Made by a program: the position numbers and the translations under genes. A stretch of 64,000 nt of DNA from Campylobacteraceae bacterium (GTDB lineage Bacteria > Campylobacterota > Campylobacteria > Campylobacterales > BB28), in the NCBI GenBank assembly GCA_016744535.1, contig JADGEE010000002.1, forward strand, positions 16,674 through 80,673, read 5' to 3'. The notes beneath the pieces were generated by a model that was given only the letters and a program-made list of their open reading frames with translations, ran no database searches and was not told the origin of the DNA. Below are positions 46,020-56,300 of the stretch, in pieces (the first letter of the stretch is position 1; each line of letters opens with the position of its first letter).

Positions 46020-48440
46020 ATGAGCAAAAAGATAAAGTGTGAGCATTGTCACTTAGAGTATTCTAAAAGTGTAATGATTGAAGATAAAATTGATGGAGAA
46101 AAAAAATATTTTTGTTGTAAAGGTTGTCAAGGAATTTTTCATTTATTACACTCTGAACATTTAGATAGCTTTTATGATAAAGTTGGAAATACTAAGCTAG
46201 AACCACCAAAAGAGATAGATAGTGACACTAAAAAATTTGATTTAGATAGTTTTAGAGATAAATATATAAAGAAGAGTAATAATAATTTATATGAAATTTC
46301 ACTTATTATAGAAGGTATTCATTGCAGTGCTTGTGTTTGGTTAAATGAAAAAGTGCTTAGAAAAGCTAAAGGAATAATCGAAGCAAATATAAATTATACA
46401 AATAATAAAGCAAAAATCATCTTTAATCCAAAAGAGATAAAATTATCAGAAATTATCAAAAAAATTAGAGCTATTGGATATAACGCTTATCCTTATGACC
46501 CTAAAAGTGGTGAAGAGAGAGCCAATAAAACAAGACAAGATTTTTATATTAGAATGGTATTTGGAATATTTGCCACTATGAATGTGATGTGGATTGCCGT
46601 TGCTCAATACGCAGGTTATTTTAGTGGAATGAAACTTGATATTAAAAATATTTTAAATATTGGTGAATTTGTTTTAGCTACTCCTACACTATTTTTTAGT
46701 GGTTGGATATTTTTCAAAGGTGCTTATTATGGCTTAAAAAATAGATTTATAAATATGGATTTATTAGTCGCTACGGGTGCGTCATTAGCTTATGGTTACT
46801 CTATTTATGCAATGATTACTCTGCGAGGTGAAACTTATTTTGATTCTGTAACTATGATTATTACATTTGTATTAATTGGTAAATTTTTGGAAACTCTTAG
46901 TAAAAAAAGAGCTGTTGATACACTAGATACTATAACTTCACAAATCCCCACAGAAGTTTTAATAATCAAAAATCAAGAGAAAATTTTAGTAACCTTAGAA
47001 GAGGTAAAAATTGGAGATACTATTGAAGTTAAAGCTGGAGATAAAATAGTAATTGATGGAATTATTCTTGAGGGTGAAGCTAGTTTTGATGAATCTAGTT
47101 TAACAGGTGAATCAATTCCAATTTATAAAACTAAAGAAGATGCAATTTTAAGTGGAAGTATGAATTTAGATGGAGTTGTAAGATACAAGGCTAAAAAAGA
47201 CTTTTCACATTCAACTTTAAATACAATCATTTCACTACTTGAAGATTCACTAAATAAAAAGCCTAAAATTGAGCAGTTAGCAAATGAGTTATCTAAATAT
47301 TTCTCTATTATAATTTTAACGATTGCCTCATTAACTTTTTTAGGTTGGTTCTATATTGCAGAAGCTACATTTGAATACTCTTTTATAGTTATGGTAGCAG
47401 TTATTATTATTGCTTGTCCTTGTGCATTAGCCCTAGCAACTCCAATTGCAACACTTATTGGTTTAAATTTAGCAAATAGAAATGGAATTTTATTTAAAGA
47501 GGCTAAATTTTTAGAGACAATGGCAAAGGCTGATATTTTAGCACTTGATAAAACTGGAACTATTACAGAGGGAAAACCTGAAGTTAGTAATTATCAATCA
47601 TTTCAATATTTTAATATAGAGATTCTATATACACTTGTAAATAGCTCAAAACATCCTATTAGTAAAGGAATTAAAAATTATATTGAAAAAAATAATCAAA
47701 ATTTAAAAGAGATAAAATTAAATAATATTAAAAATATTCAAGCAAAGGGAATAAAAGCTAACTATAAAGAGTTAGAAATAATTGGTGGAAATAGAGAATT
47801 TTTAATTGAGAATGGAATTAATATAAATGAAAATTTACCAACAGATAAGACACTCTTCTGTTTTTCTATAAATAGAAATTTAGTTGCCTATTTTGAATTA
47901 ATTGATAAACCAAAAGTAAACGCCAAAGAGATGATAGAAGCAATTAAATCAAAAGGGATTGAAGTTGTAATGCTAACAGGAGATAACAAAGAGGTTGCAA
48001 AAAATATTGCTAAAGAGGTTGGAATAACAAAAGTTTATTCAAAACTTTTACCTCAAGAAAAAGCAAATATAATTGATAAGTTTCATAAAAAGAATAAAAT
48101 TGTAGTAATGGCAGGTGATGGAATAAATGATTCAGTAGCTCTAAGTCGGGCTGATATTGCAATTGCTATGCAAAGTGGTGCAGATGTTTCAATTGATGTA
48201 AGTGATGTGGTGTTACTTAACAATTCACTAAAATCACTTAAAAATTCATTTTTAATTTCAAAGAGAACTTACTCTTTTGTAAAACAAAATTTAGCAATTT
48301 CATTAATTTACAACTCAATTACAATTCCACTTGCAGTTGCAGGTTGGGTAATTCCTTTAATAGCAGCGGTATCTATGTCATTTAGTTCACTTTTAGTTAT
48401 AGGAAATTCTCTTAGAATAAAGAGTGATTTTAAAAAATAA
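46020..48440 (+). CDS. ccoI: copper-translocating P1B-type ATPase, FixI/CcoI type
   Basis: The N-terminal Cys cluster is CEHCHL...FCCKGCQGIF and an HMA-like motif is GIHCSACV. Also present are CPCALALATP, DKTGTIT and GDGINDS. I prefer ATG 46020, after the hemA stop, over the track's 45981 start, which overlaps hemA by 32 nt. Confidence 0.88.
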   Translation: MSKKIKCEHCHLEYSKSVMIEDKIDGEKKYFCCKGCQGIFHLLHSEHLDSFYDKVGNTKLEPPKEIDSDTKKFDLDSFRDKYIKKSNNNLYEISLIIEGIHCSACVWLNEKVLRKAKGIIEANINYTNNKAKIIFNPKEIKLSEIIKKIRAIGYNAYPYDPKSGEERANKTRQDFYIRMVFGIFATMNVMWIAVAQYAGYFSGMKLDIKNILNIGEFVLATPTLFFSGWIFFKGAYYGLKNRFINMDLLVATGASLAYGYSIYAMITLRGETYFDSVTMIITFVLIGKFLETLSKKRAVDTLDTITSQIPTEVLIIKNQEKILVTLEEVKIGDTIEVKAGDKIVIDGIILEGEASFDESSLTGESIPIYKTKEDAILSGSMNLDGVVRYKAKKDFSHSTLNTIISLLEDSLNKKPKIEQLANELSKYFSIIILTIASLTFLGWFYIAEATFEYSFIVMVAVIIIACPCALALATPIATLIGLNLANRNGILFKEAKFLETMAKADILALDKTGTITEGKPEVSNYQSFQYFNIEILYTLVNSSKHPISKGIKNYIEKNNQNLKEIKLNNIKNIQAKGIKANYKELEIIGGNREFLIENGININENLPTDKTLFCFSINRNLVAYFELIDKPKVNAKEMIEAIKSKGIEVVMLTGDNKEVAKNIAKEVGITKVYSKLLPQEKANIIDKFHKKNKIVVMAGDGINDSVALSRADIAIAMQSGADVSIDVSDVVLLNNSLKSLKNSFLISKRTYSFVKQNLAISLIYNSITIPLAVAGWVIPLIAAVSMSFSSLLVIGNSLRIKSDFKK

Positions 48441-48574
48441 ATAAGTAAAAATTTAAAATCATCTCTATTTAATAAAGTTAGCATTTTAAGTTTTTTAATT
48501 TTTTATCTAAATTTACTTTTGAGATAAACTTATTAAAGTAATAGTTGCATTATTGAAATTATTTTTTCTCCTTT

Positions 48575-48628
48575 TATCACAAAATATCACAAAAATATCA
48601 TTTTTATGTTATATAATAATTTTATCAC
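48575..48628 (+). promoter_or_regulatory. phased TATCAC direct repeats around a TATAAT box upstream of the lipase gene
   Basis: TATCAC at 48575 and 48585, TATCA at 48596 (10-11 bp phasing), TATAAT at 48612-48617 and a fourth TATCAC at 48623-48628. The ATG is at 48647. Confidence 0.35.
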
Positions 48629-48646
48629 AACATTAAAAGGATATAA

Positions 48647-49459
48647 ATGAATTTTAATAACAATGCTACAAGTTTTGATTTAACTAATGCAGTTTTTTTA
48701 GCAAAATTAGCTAAAATAGCTTATATTAATTTTAAATCTAATGATTTTAAGAATCAATTAAATACTTTAGGTTTTGATTCTTCACACTTTAGAACTTACG
48801 ATAAAGATGATACTCAAGCATTAATTATTTTTGATGATGAAAAGATAATTTTAGCTTTTAGAGGAACTGAACCTGATTCTCTAAGAGATTGGGTAACTGA
48901 TGCTCAAGTTAGAAAAACAGCTGGAGTTTATGGGAGAGTTCATAGAGGTTTCTCTAAAGCATTAAATTATGTATGGGAAGATATGGAAGAGGAAGTTGAA
49001 AAACTTTTAGATGAAAAAAGAAGAAAAATTTGGATTACAGGACATAGTTTAGGTGCGGCATTAGCAACTCTAGCAATGGCTCGTTTAAATGCACTAGGTG
49101 AAGATATTCCACTTGCAGGTTTATATACTTTTGGACAACCTAGAACTGGTGGAAAAAATTTCGCGAAAAAATTTAACTCTGAATTAAAAGATATAAGTTA
49201 TAGAGTAGTTAATAATAATGATGTTGTAACTAGAGTTCCTCCAAGAGATTTCGGATATAGTCATATTGGACAGTTAGAGTATATAGATAGTGACGGAGAG
49301 ATACACTCTGATGGCTCTTTATCTTGGTGGGGAAAATTTTGGGATAGAATTGAGGGAAGATTAGATGGATTTTTAGAGTTAAAACTTTTTGACGGAGTAG
49401 ATGACCACTCTATGAATGATTATTTATCTCTATTAGAAAAAGATTTAACTAAGGTCTAA
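48647..49459 (+). CDS. class-3 lipase family alpha/beta hydrolase
   Basis: AFRGTE ... nucleophile elbow ITGHSLGAALA ... NNNDVVTRVP. 270 aa with no signal peptide. Confidence 0.85.
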   Translation: MNFNNNATSFDLTNAVFLAKLAKIAYINFKSNDFKNQLNTLGFDSSHFRTYDKDDTQALIIFDDEKIILAFRGTEPDSLRDWVTDAQVRKTAGVYGRVHRGFSKALNYVWEDMEEEVEKLLDEKRRKIWITGHSLGAALATLAMARLNALGEDIPLAGLYTFGQPRTGGKNFAKKFNSELKDISYRVVNNNDVVTRVPPRDFGYSHIGQLEYIDSDGEIHSDGSLSWWGKFWDRIEGRLDGFLELKLFDGVDDHSMNDYLSLLEKDLTKV

Positions 49460-49618
49460 AAAATATTAAAGTTATTAAAAAAAAGAAGTGATTAAAGAAA
49501 ATTTTAATATCTCTTTTTTTTTAACTTTTTTTCTGATGTAATGTTAGAGAGAGTTGAAATTTTATATATTAAAAATAATATCGTATATTTAAAAGAATAA
49601 TAGTTATCTCTTTATAAA

Positions 49619-51166
49619 TTATTCCCACTCAATTGTTGCAGGTGGTTTTGAGCTAATATCATAAACTACTCTATTTATTCCATCAACTTCATTAATTATT
49701 CTACTTGAGATTTTTTCAAGTAACTCGTGTGGTAAATGTGCAAAAGTTGCAGTCATTCCATCAACTCCCTCAACTACTCTAACACAAACTGTATTATCAT
49801 AAGTTCTATTATCACCCATAACACCAACACTTTTAACATTTAATAAAACTGTGAAAGATTGCCAAGTTTTTTCGTAATATCCACTCTTTTTAAGTTCATC
49901 TAACATTATTACATCAGCTTTTCTAAGTATTTCTAAATCATTTTTATTAACTTCACCCATTATTCTAATAGCTAAGCCAGGTCCTGGGAATGGGTGTCTC
50001 CATAAGAAATCGTGTTCAATTCCAAGTTCAGCCCCAAGTCTTCTAACTTCATCTTTAAAAAGTTCTCTTAATGGTTCAATTAATTCAAAAGTCATCCAAT
50101 CAGGAAGCCCACCAACATTATGATGTGATTTAATTGTTTTTGATGGACCTTTTACTGAAACTGATTCAATTACATCAGGATAGAGTGTTCCTTGTGCTAA
50201 ATATTTTATATTTTTATGTTTTTTAGCTTCACTGTCAAAGACTTCAATAAAAGTTTCACCTATTATTTTTCTTTTTTGTTCAGGGTCAGTTATATTTTTT
50301 AATTTACTTAAAAAAAGATCACTTGCATCAACAGAAATTAATTTAATTCCCATTTTTTTAAACATAGCTTCAACTTTTTTTCTCTCATTCATTCTTAAAA
50401 GTCCATTATCAACAAAAACAGCTACTAACCTATCTCCAATTGCTTGATGTAAAAGCGTTGCTACAACTGTACTATCAACGCCTCCTGAAACACCACATAA
50501 AACTTCACCATCTTTTGCTTTTTCTTTTATTTTTTCAATTTCAGACTCAGCAAAATTGTGCATATTCCAATCATTAATACATCCACAAATATCAATTGCA
50601 AAATTTTTTAAAAAGATACCACCATTTTGAGTATGTGTCACTTCAGGGTGAAATTGTACTGCATAAATTTTCTTATCTTCATTTGCAATCGCAGAGTAAG
50701 GAGAGTTTTCGGAGTGTGCAATTTTATTAAATCCATCAGGTAATTTTTCAACTCTATCTCCGTGACTCATCCAAACTATTTGACCACTCTCTATATCTTT
50801 AAAAATTGGCGAAATTGAACCGTGAATCTCATCAAACTCTATTGATGCTTTTCCATATTCGTGATGTTCTGAAGGAACTACTTTACCACCAAAATGCTCA
50901 GTTAAAAGTTGCATTCCATAACAGATTCCAAGTATTGGTAAATTTAACTCAAAAATAACATTATCTATCTTATAAGCATCCTTAGCATAAATACTTGCAG
51001 GACCACCAGATAAAATAATACCTTTTGGTTTTTTCTCTTTTATACTCTCTATTTTTTCATTATATGGAACAATTTCACAATAAACTCCATTTTCTCTTAA
51101 TCTTCTAGCAATTAATTGAGTATATTGAGAGCCAAAATCTAAAACAATAATAGGAACATTTTTCAT
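49619..51166 (-). CDS. guaA: GMP synthase (glutamine-hydrolysing)
   Basis: The GATase domain has GICYGMQ. The ATP-PPase P-loop is [10 protein letters not shown]. The C-terminal end is PPATIEWE. Confidence 0.97.
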   Translation of the reverse strand: MKNVPIIVLDFGSQYTQLIARRLRENGVYCEIVPYNEKIESIKEKKPKGIILSGGPASIYAKDAYKIDNVIFELNLPILGICYGMQLLTEHFGGKVVPSEHHEYGKASIEFDEIHGSISPIFKDIESGQIVWMSHGDRVEKLPDGFNKIAHSENSPYSAIANEDKKIYAVQFHPEVTHTQNGGIFLKNFAIDICGCINDWNMHNFAESEIEKIKEKAKDGEVLCGVSGGVDSTVVATLLHQAIGDRLVAVFVDNGLLRMNERKKVEAMFKKMGIKLISVDASDLFLSKLKNITDPEQKRKIIGETFIEVFDSEAKKHKNIKYLAQGTLYPDVIESVSVKGPSKTIKSHHNVGGLPDWMTFELIEPLRELFKDEVRRLGAELGIEHDFLWRHPFPGPGLAIRIMGEVNKNDLEILRKADVIMLDELKKSGYYEKTWQSFTVLLNVKSVGVMGDNRTYDNTVCVRVVEGVDGMTATFAHLPHELLEKISSRIINEVDGINRVVYDISSKPPATIEWE

Positions 51167-51204
51167 TATTTAACTAGCCTTTTTTTTAGAGTATTATATA
51201 AGAT

Positions 51205-52116
51205 TTAACTTAAAAGTTCGTTTGCTACATCAAATTTATTTGCTGTCATAATGTGCATTTTAGGATGAAGTTTTAAAATCTCTTTAAATAAATTTTTACT
51301 AATTTCCATTCCAACTTTATACTCCTCCTCTGCACTTATTTTACTAGCAATATATAGTTTATCTACTATCTCTTTTGGAACATAAATCCCAGGAACGTGA
51401 GCTGATAAAAATTGTGCTGTTTTTAGTTTTGTAATAGGAAAAATTCCTAAAATAAGTTGTGCTTCTTTTCTCTCATCATCAAATCCACTCTTAGCTTGTT
51501 CAAATAAATTCAGTAAATTTTTAGCATTATCTATATCAAAAGTTGGTTGAGTTATAACTCCAACACTTCCGTGGTCAATCTTTTTTCTCATCTTATTTAG
51601 TAAAGTTTTAGGATTTTTTGCGTGAGCATTTGCAACGGAAAATGGATAAATTTTCTTTGGTTTTGTTCTAAATTCTCTTCCTGCATAATTAATTCCTGCA
51701 TTAAAACACTTTATAATATCAAGTAACATTAAAGAATTTCCTGCAAATACACCTTTTGTATTTGGTTGGTCACTAATTGTAGCTGGATCACCAGTTAGTG
51801 CTAAAAAAGTTCTAATATCAAAATCATTTGCACCAAGTATATCTGATTGTAGTGCTATTCTATTTTTATCTCTCATTGTCATTGTAGCTAAAACTGGTTT
51901 ATTAAATTTTTGTTGAAGTTTAATAGATGCTAAAATAGAGTTATACTTTAATTTTGCTAAAGGACTATCAGTTGTACTAAAACCATTAACTTTTTTAAAA
52001 GCCCCACTTTTCTCTAATCTATTTAATATTCCATCAAAAGTAGCCGAAGCTGGAGGTGTAGTTTCTAGTGTAATAAATTTTTCACTTTTTAACTTTTCTA
52101 TAAATTTTTCAAACAT
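51205..52116 (-). CDS. metF: methylenetetrahydrofolate reductase-like protein
   Basis: 303 aa with the MTHFR-family pattern (ITLETTPP, TMRDKNRIALQSDILGA, LALTGDP). Confidence 0.7.
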   Translation of the reverse strand: MFEKFIEKLKSEKFITLETTPPASATFDGILNRLEKSGAFKKVNGFSTTDSPLAKLKYNSILASIKLQQKFNKPVLATMTMRDKNRIALQSDILGANDFDIRTFLALTGDPATISDQPNTKGVFAGNSLMLLDIIKCFNAGINYAGREFRTKPKKIYPFSVANAHAKNPKTLLNKMRKKIDHGSVGVITQPTFDIDNAKNLLNLFEQAKSGFDDERKEAQLILGIFPITKLKTAQFLSAHVPGIYVPKEIVDKLYIASKISAEEEYKVGMEISKNLFKEILKLHPKMHIMTANKFDVANELLS

Positions 52117-52209
52117 TTAAATTCCTTATTCTCATATCTTTTTCTTATTCTATAAAAATAATAATTATATATTTCTTTTTATCTAAAAATATTATTTAAT
52201 ACGAAAATT

Positions 52210-52647
52210 TTAACTCTCCACTACTCTTAAATGATGTCTAGCTAAAATATCTTTAACAACATCATCTTTATTTGCTAACTCTTCAATTATGACTATAACT
52301 TCTTCCAAAGTTTTTTTATCAGCCTTTTTTATTAATTGAGCATTTAACTCTTTTTTATACTCCTCTTTTGCCTCTTTAAAACTCTTTTGTCTATCCCAAA
52401 ACATATAACCAATAGCACCAAAAATAGACGCTAAAAGCCCCATCATTAAATTTTGCATAAATTCAAATCTTTTATCCACAGCTTCAAATCTCTTATCCAC
52501 AGCTTCAAATCTCTTATTCATAACTTCCAAAATCATCCTATGACTCTCTCTTATATCTTTTCTTAACTCATTAATATCATCTTTAGTTGATACTTCACTT
52601 GCAAATATAGATATTATTAAAAAATTTAACATCAAAAAAATTTTCAT
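52210..52647 (-). CDS. coiled-coil membrane protein with 7-aa tandem repeat
   Basis: 145 aa with an N-terminal signal/TM. The repeat KRFEAVDKRFEAVDKRFEF precedes the TM LMMGLLASIFGAIGYMFW. The tail is charged and helical. Confidence 0.55.
   Translation of the reverse strand: MKIFLMLNFLIISIFASEVSTKDDINELRKDIRESHRMILEVMNKRFEAVDKRFEAVDKRFEFMQNLMMGLLASIFGAIGYMFWDRQKSFKEAKEEYKKELNAQLIKKADKKTLEEVIVIIEELANKDDVVKDILARHHLRVVES
52462..52524 (-). repeat. 3 x 21-bp in-frame tandem repeat
   Basis: TTCAAATCTTTTATCCACAGC, TTCAAATCTCTTATCCACAGC and TTCAAATCTCTTATTCATAAC encode (A)VDKRFE. Confidence 0.85.
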
Positions 52648-52650
52648 TTT

Positions 52651-53115
52651 TTAATCCTTCAAAAACTCTCTAAAATAGTGTTTTATTATATCCAAACTCT
52701 CTTGGTTTTTTACATTCCTATCTATATCCTCTAGTTTTGAAAATCTAGTGTAGAAAATATACTTTTCAATAATATTTAATTTTTTAATTTTTTCATAAAT
52801 TTCTATTATAAAATCAGGCATTACAGTTATTTGATTTGTGACTTCTTTAATAAAAAGAGTATGAAATCTATCATAATCTCTAACTTCGCTAAAATTAAGT
52901 TTTACATCTAAAATAAAAAATATCTCCTCAGATCTAAATTCTCCTTTTATCTCTTTTGAGTAAATTTCAAGCAATATATTCATCTCTCTATATTTATCGT
53001 AGTGTTCATCTACATTTTTTAAGTAGTGGTAAAGTTCAGGGCGGGTTTTTTGCCAATTATAAATTGTTTTTTGAGCAATTTTAAATTTTTCCTTAATTTC
53101 CTTGTTTGTGAGCAT
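52651..53115 (-). CDS. HTH-domain protein (excisionase/AlpA-like N-terminal helix-turn-helix)
   Basis: MLTNKEIKEKFKIAQKTIYNWQKTRPELY resembles the HTH_17-type 'xxTIYRWxK' motif. The remaining ~115 aa are uncharacterised. Confidence 0.5.
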   Translation of the reverse strand: MLTNKEIKEKFKIAQKTIYNWQKTRPELYHYLKNVDEHYDKYREMNILLEIYSKEIKGEFRSEEIFFILDVKLNFSEVRDYDRFHTLFIKEVTNQITVMPDFIIEIYEKIKKLNIIEKYIFYTRFSKLEDIDRNVKNQESLDIIKHYFREFLKD

Positions 53116-53314
53116 TCATTACCTTCTTTTATCTTTTTTAAAGAGTTATTTTATAAAAGGTAATATTGACTTTGATTTAATTCTTATAATTGAATTTTAA
53201 GTAATATTTACACTATAATAGGTGTATTCAAACTTATAAGTTAGTCGTTATAGCAATTTATCTGAAAAGTTATTCAAAAGAGTTGTTATATTGGCTATAA
53301 AAAAAAGGATTTTT

Positions 53315-56300
53315 ATGAAAAAAGTTTTACTTTCGGTTTTAGCTTGTGGATATTTGGTAGCAGGTAGTGAAAAATTCAGTATTTCTAAAGGTGAAATGTT
53401 AGAAATTCATAAATTAAATGAACAAAAAGAGATAAAGTTTACTAAAAGAGTAAATAAAAAATTCAAAAGGGAAATTTACTCTGATAAATTGCCATCAAGT
53501 TCAGTAGAAAAAGTTTTTTTAGATGGTTATAGTAAAAATGCTTATGTTTATTTATGGAGTGAAAACAATGAAGCTTTTTTAAGAGTTGAACCTAATACAA
53601 GCGAATTTTTTACTTGTGGTGCAAGTTTTAATATTTTTCAAAATAATATAGAACATTCATTAAAGCTTATATTTGATGACGATGAAAGTTCATATTGTGA
53701 TGATTTAACTTCTTCTACGACATTTAAATTAGAAAACTGGAGTTTTGAAAATAATCAATTTGATTCTTCTAAAAATTTTATTTTAAAACAAAATTATCCC
53801 GAAGCAACTTTAAATTATGTCGCTTCAAATTCTAATGAGGAAATAGATGATTTAGATATTAACAATTTAAATGCAACTTTGATAAATTTAGGTGATAAAC
53901 AAGAACTTTCTTTTACTTATTCAGGAAATCCACCTAGATGGTATAAGTTTGATTCAAATAAAAATGCTACTTTAAAAATGAATTTTGGAAATGGAACATC
54001 TTCAGATATTAAAGCCTCTTTATATGATAATAATTTAAATCAAATTAGTACAATGATTATAAAATCATTTGATGGCTCAAATGTATATGAAAATATAAAA
54101 AGTAATTCATATTTCATTAAAATTGAAGATACAAGTAATGCACTGGGAAGTTTCAGTTTTTTACTAACTTTTGATGAAGATAGTCAAAGTAGTAATGTAA
54201 TATCTTCTGGTATTTCTACTCCCTCAATTAAACAAGGTTGGAACCTACTTGGAAATAATTCAAACACTCTTATTGAAGTATCTGATTTTATAATGAGTGA
54301 TGAAATTGTTTGGACATTTGGAGAAAATGCTTGGGAACAAAATAATCCAATTTCTCCAATGCAAGGTTTTTGGTATAAATCAAAAATAGATAGAGATACT
54401 TTTGAACTTCCAATTGGAGTTAAAAGTGATATATTTGAGCCATCTGATAATGGTTGGTCTCTATTGGCAAATGATAGTGAAACAACACTATTGAATTTAA
54501 AAGAGAAATATAATGCCTCTAAAGTTTTTACTTTTATTGATAATAATTGGTTAATTTCATCTATAAATCCAAATAATATAGTTGAAAATGGTAGAGGTTT
54601 TTGGGTAAAGAATAGTTCAACTTCGATAGTAAGTGATACAAAAAACGATTCAACTTCGATAGTAAGTGATACAAAAAACGATTCAACTTCAACAGTAAGT
54701 GATACAAAAAACGATTCAACTTCAACGATAAAGAAACAAAGAAGTATTAGGGTAATAAGTCAAGAATATGTTACTTGGGATGAAGTTGAAAATATAACAG
54801 CTTATAGTAGCAACGATAATGACTTTGAATATAAATTAAATTTAAATTCAGGTGATGGTGTAGCGATAGCACTTACACCAAATATAAATAGTGGAATAGT
54901 TGATGTCATATTACGTGACCCTTATGGCAATCAAATAGACTATAGCTATAATATCAGTAATGGATATACTGGAATAATAGAACATATAGCAGGTTCAACT
55001 GGAGATTATTTTTTAAGAATAGAAGGAAGTGCAGGAAGGTATGAGTTAGGAGTTTATAACGCTTGGCATAATAGTGGAATTACAGATTTTACACACTCTT
55101 TTAATCACTCAATGAATACAGCAAAATACATCAAATCCGATAATTTTAGTATAAATGAAAGCTTAGACAATTGGCATAGATTTGATGGAAATTCAGGTGA
55201 TACTATTGATATAAAACTAAACGCACATATTAACAGTGGAGTTATTGATATTATATTATATGACCCTAATGGCACTCAAATAGAAAGTAGTTATAATATC
55301 AGTAATGGATATAGTGGAACGATAAATAAAACAATTTATTCTGATGGTACTTATTATGTAAAGGTTAATAGTATTGGTGGAAATGGTAATTACGATTTAG
55401 AAATTGATGGAATTCAAGCTAATTCTAATGACGCAAATAGTGATGAATCTCAAGATGTTAATATAGGAGATTCAATTAATGGATATTTAGGTAATAATGA
55501 AGATGATATTTATAACTTTTTATATAGTGGTGGTTATGAAAATATTACCTTTTATACAACAGGAAATTTGGATACAATAGGTAATTTAGGTGGACGATAT
55601 AGTGATGATAACAGTGGAAGTGGAAATAATTTTAAAATAACTTATGATACTTCAAATAGTATGCCAGGAGGCTTGTCAATAGTAGTATCAAGCCGTAATG
55701 GTGTGAGTGGAAGTTATACACTTCATCTTGAAGGAGTTGAAAAAGGTAGTTATAATAATACTTCATCAAATAGTAACAATGAACTATTGAGCAATTTTGA
55801 TGGTGCAGGTTCTTTAATAGCACCTGATAAAAATTGTTGGGGATGTAACAAAGATATGGCAGTTATGCAACCTAGTGACAAACCATCTACAGTAGCTTTT
55901 CAGTGGTTAAATGATAGTGAGGGAAATTGTAAAAGTTTGAACATAGAAGCAGATATAGAAAATTTTACAATTCATACAAAATATTGGTCTACACTTTCAC
56001 CTATCAAAAGTTACAATGTATCAGGAAAAAATAAAGTTACTATTCCAAATGTTGGTACTTGGAATACAACGACTATAATTTCTCAAACTCCTTTAAATAA
56101 ACTTGCAAATATAGAAGTAACTTGCAATAAAAATACAGTCTCAGAAAATGACTTAACATTAATTGATTCAAAAAATATTCAATTTTCAAATGGTTATACT
56201 TGGACTGGTAATGGCTCAATTATAAGTAAAGATACATACCCTAAAGATGATTTCGGGACTACTCAGGATTTAGCAGTAGTTGATAATAATATAGATTCTA

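Noticed and set aside
53291-53314. TTG start at 53291 for the PPC-domain protein. Likewise 58078 for atpB and 57817 for the 186-aa membrane ORF.
   Set aside because: Internal ATGs (53315, 58108, 57760) are preceded by good AAGGA-type RBSs. They give proper signal-peptide or TM N-termini and avoid overlaps with neighbouring genes.
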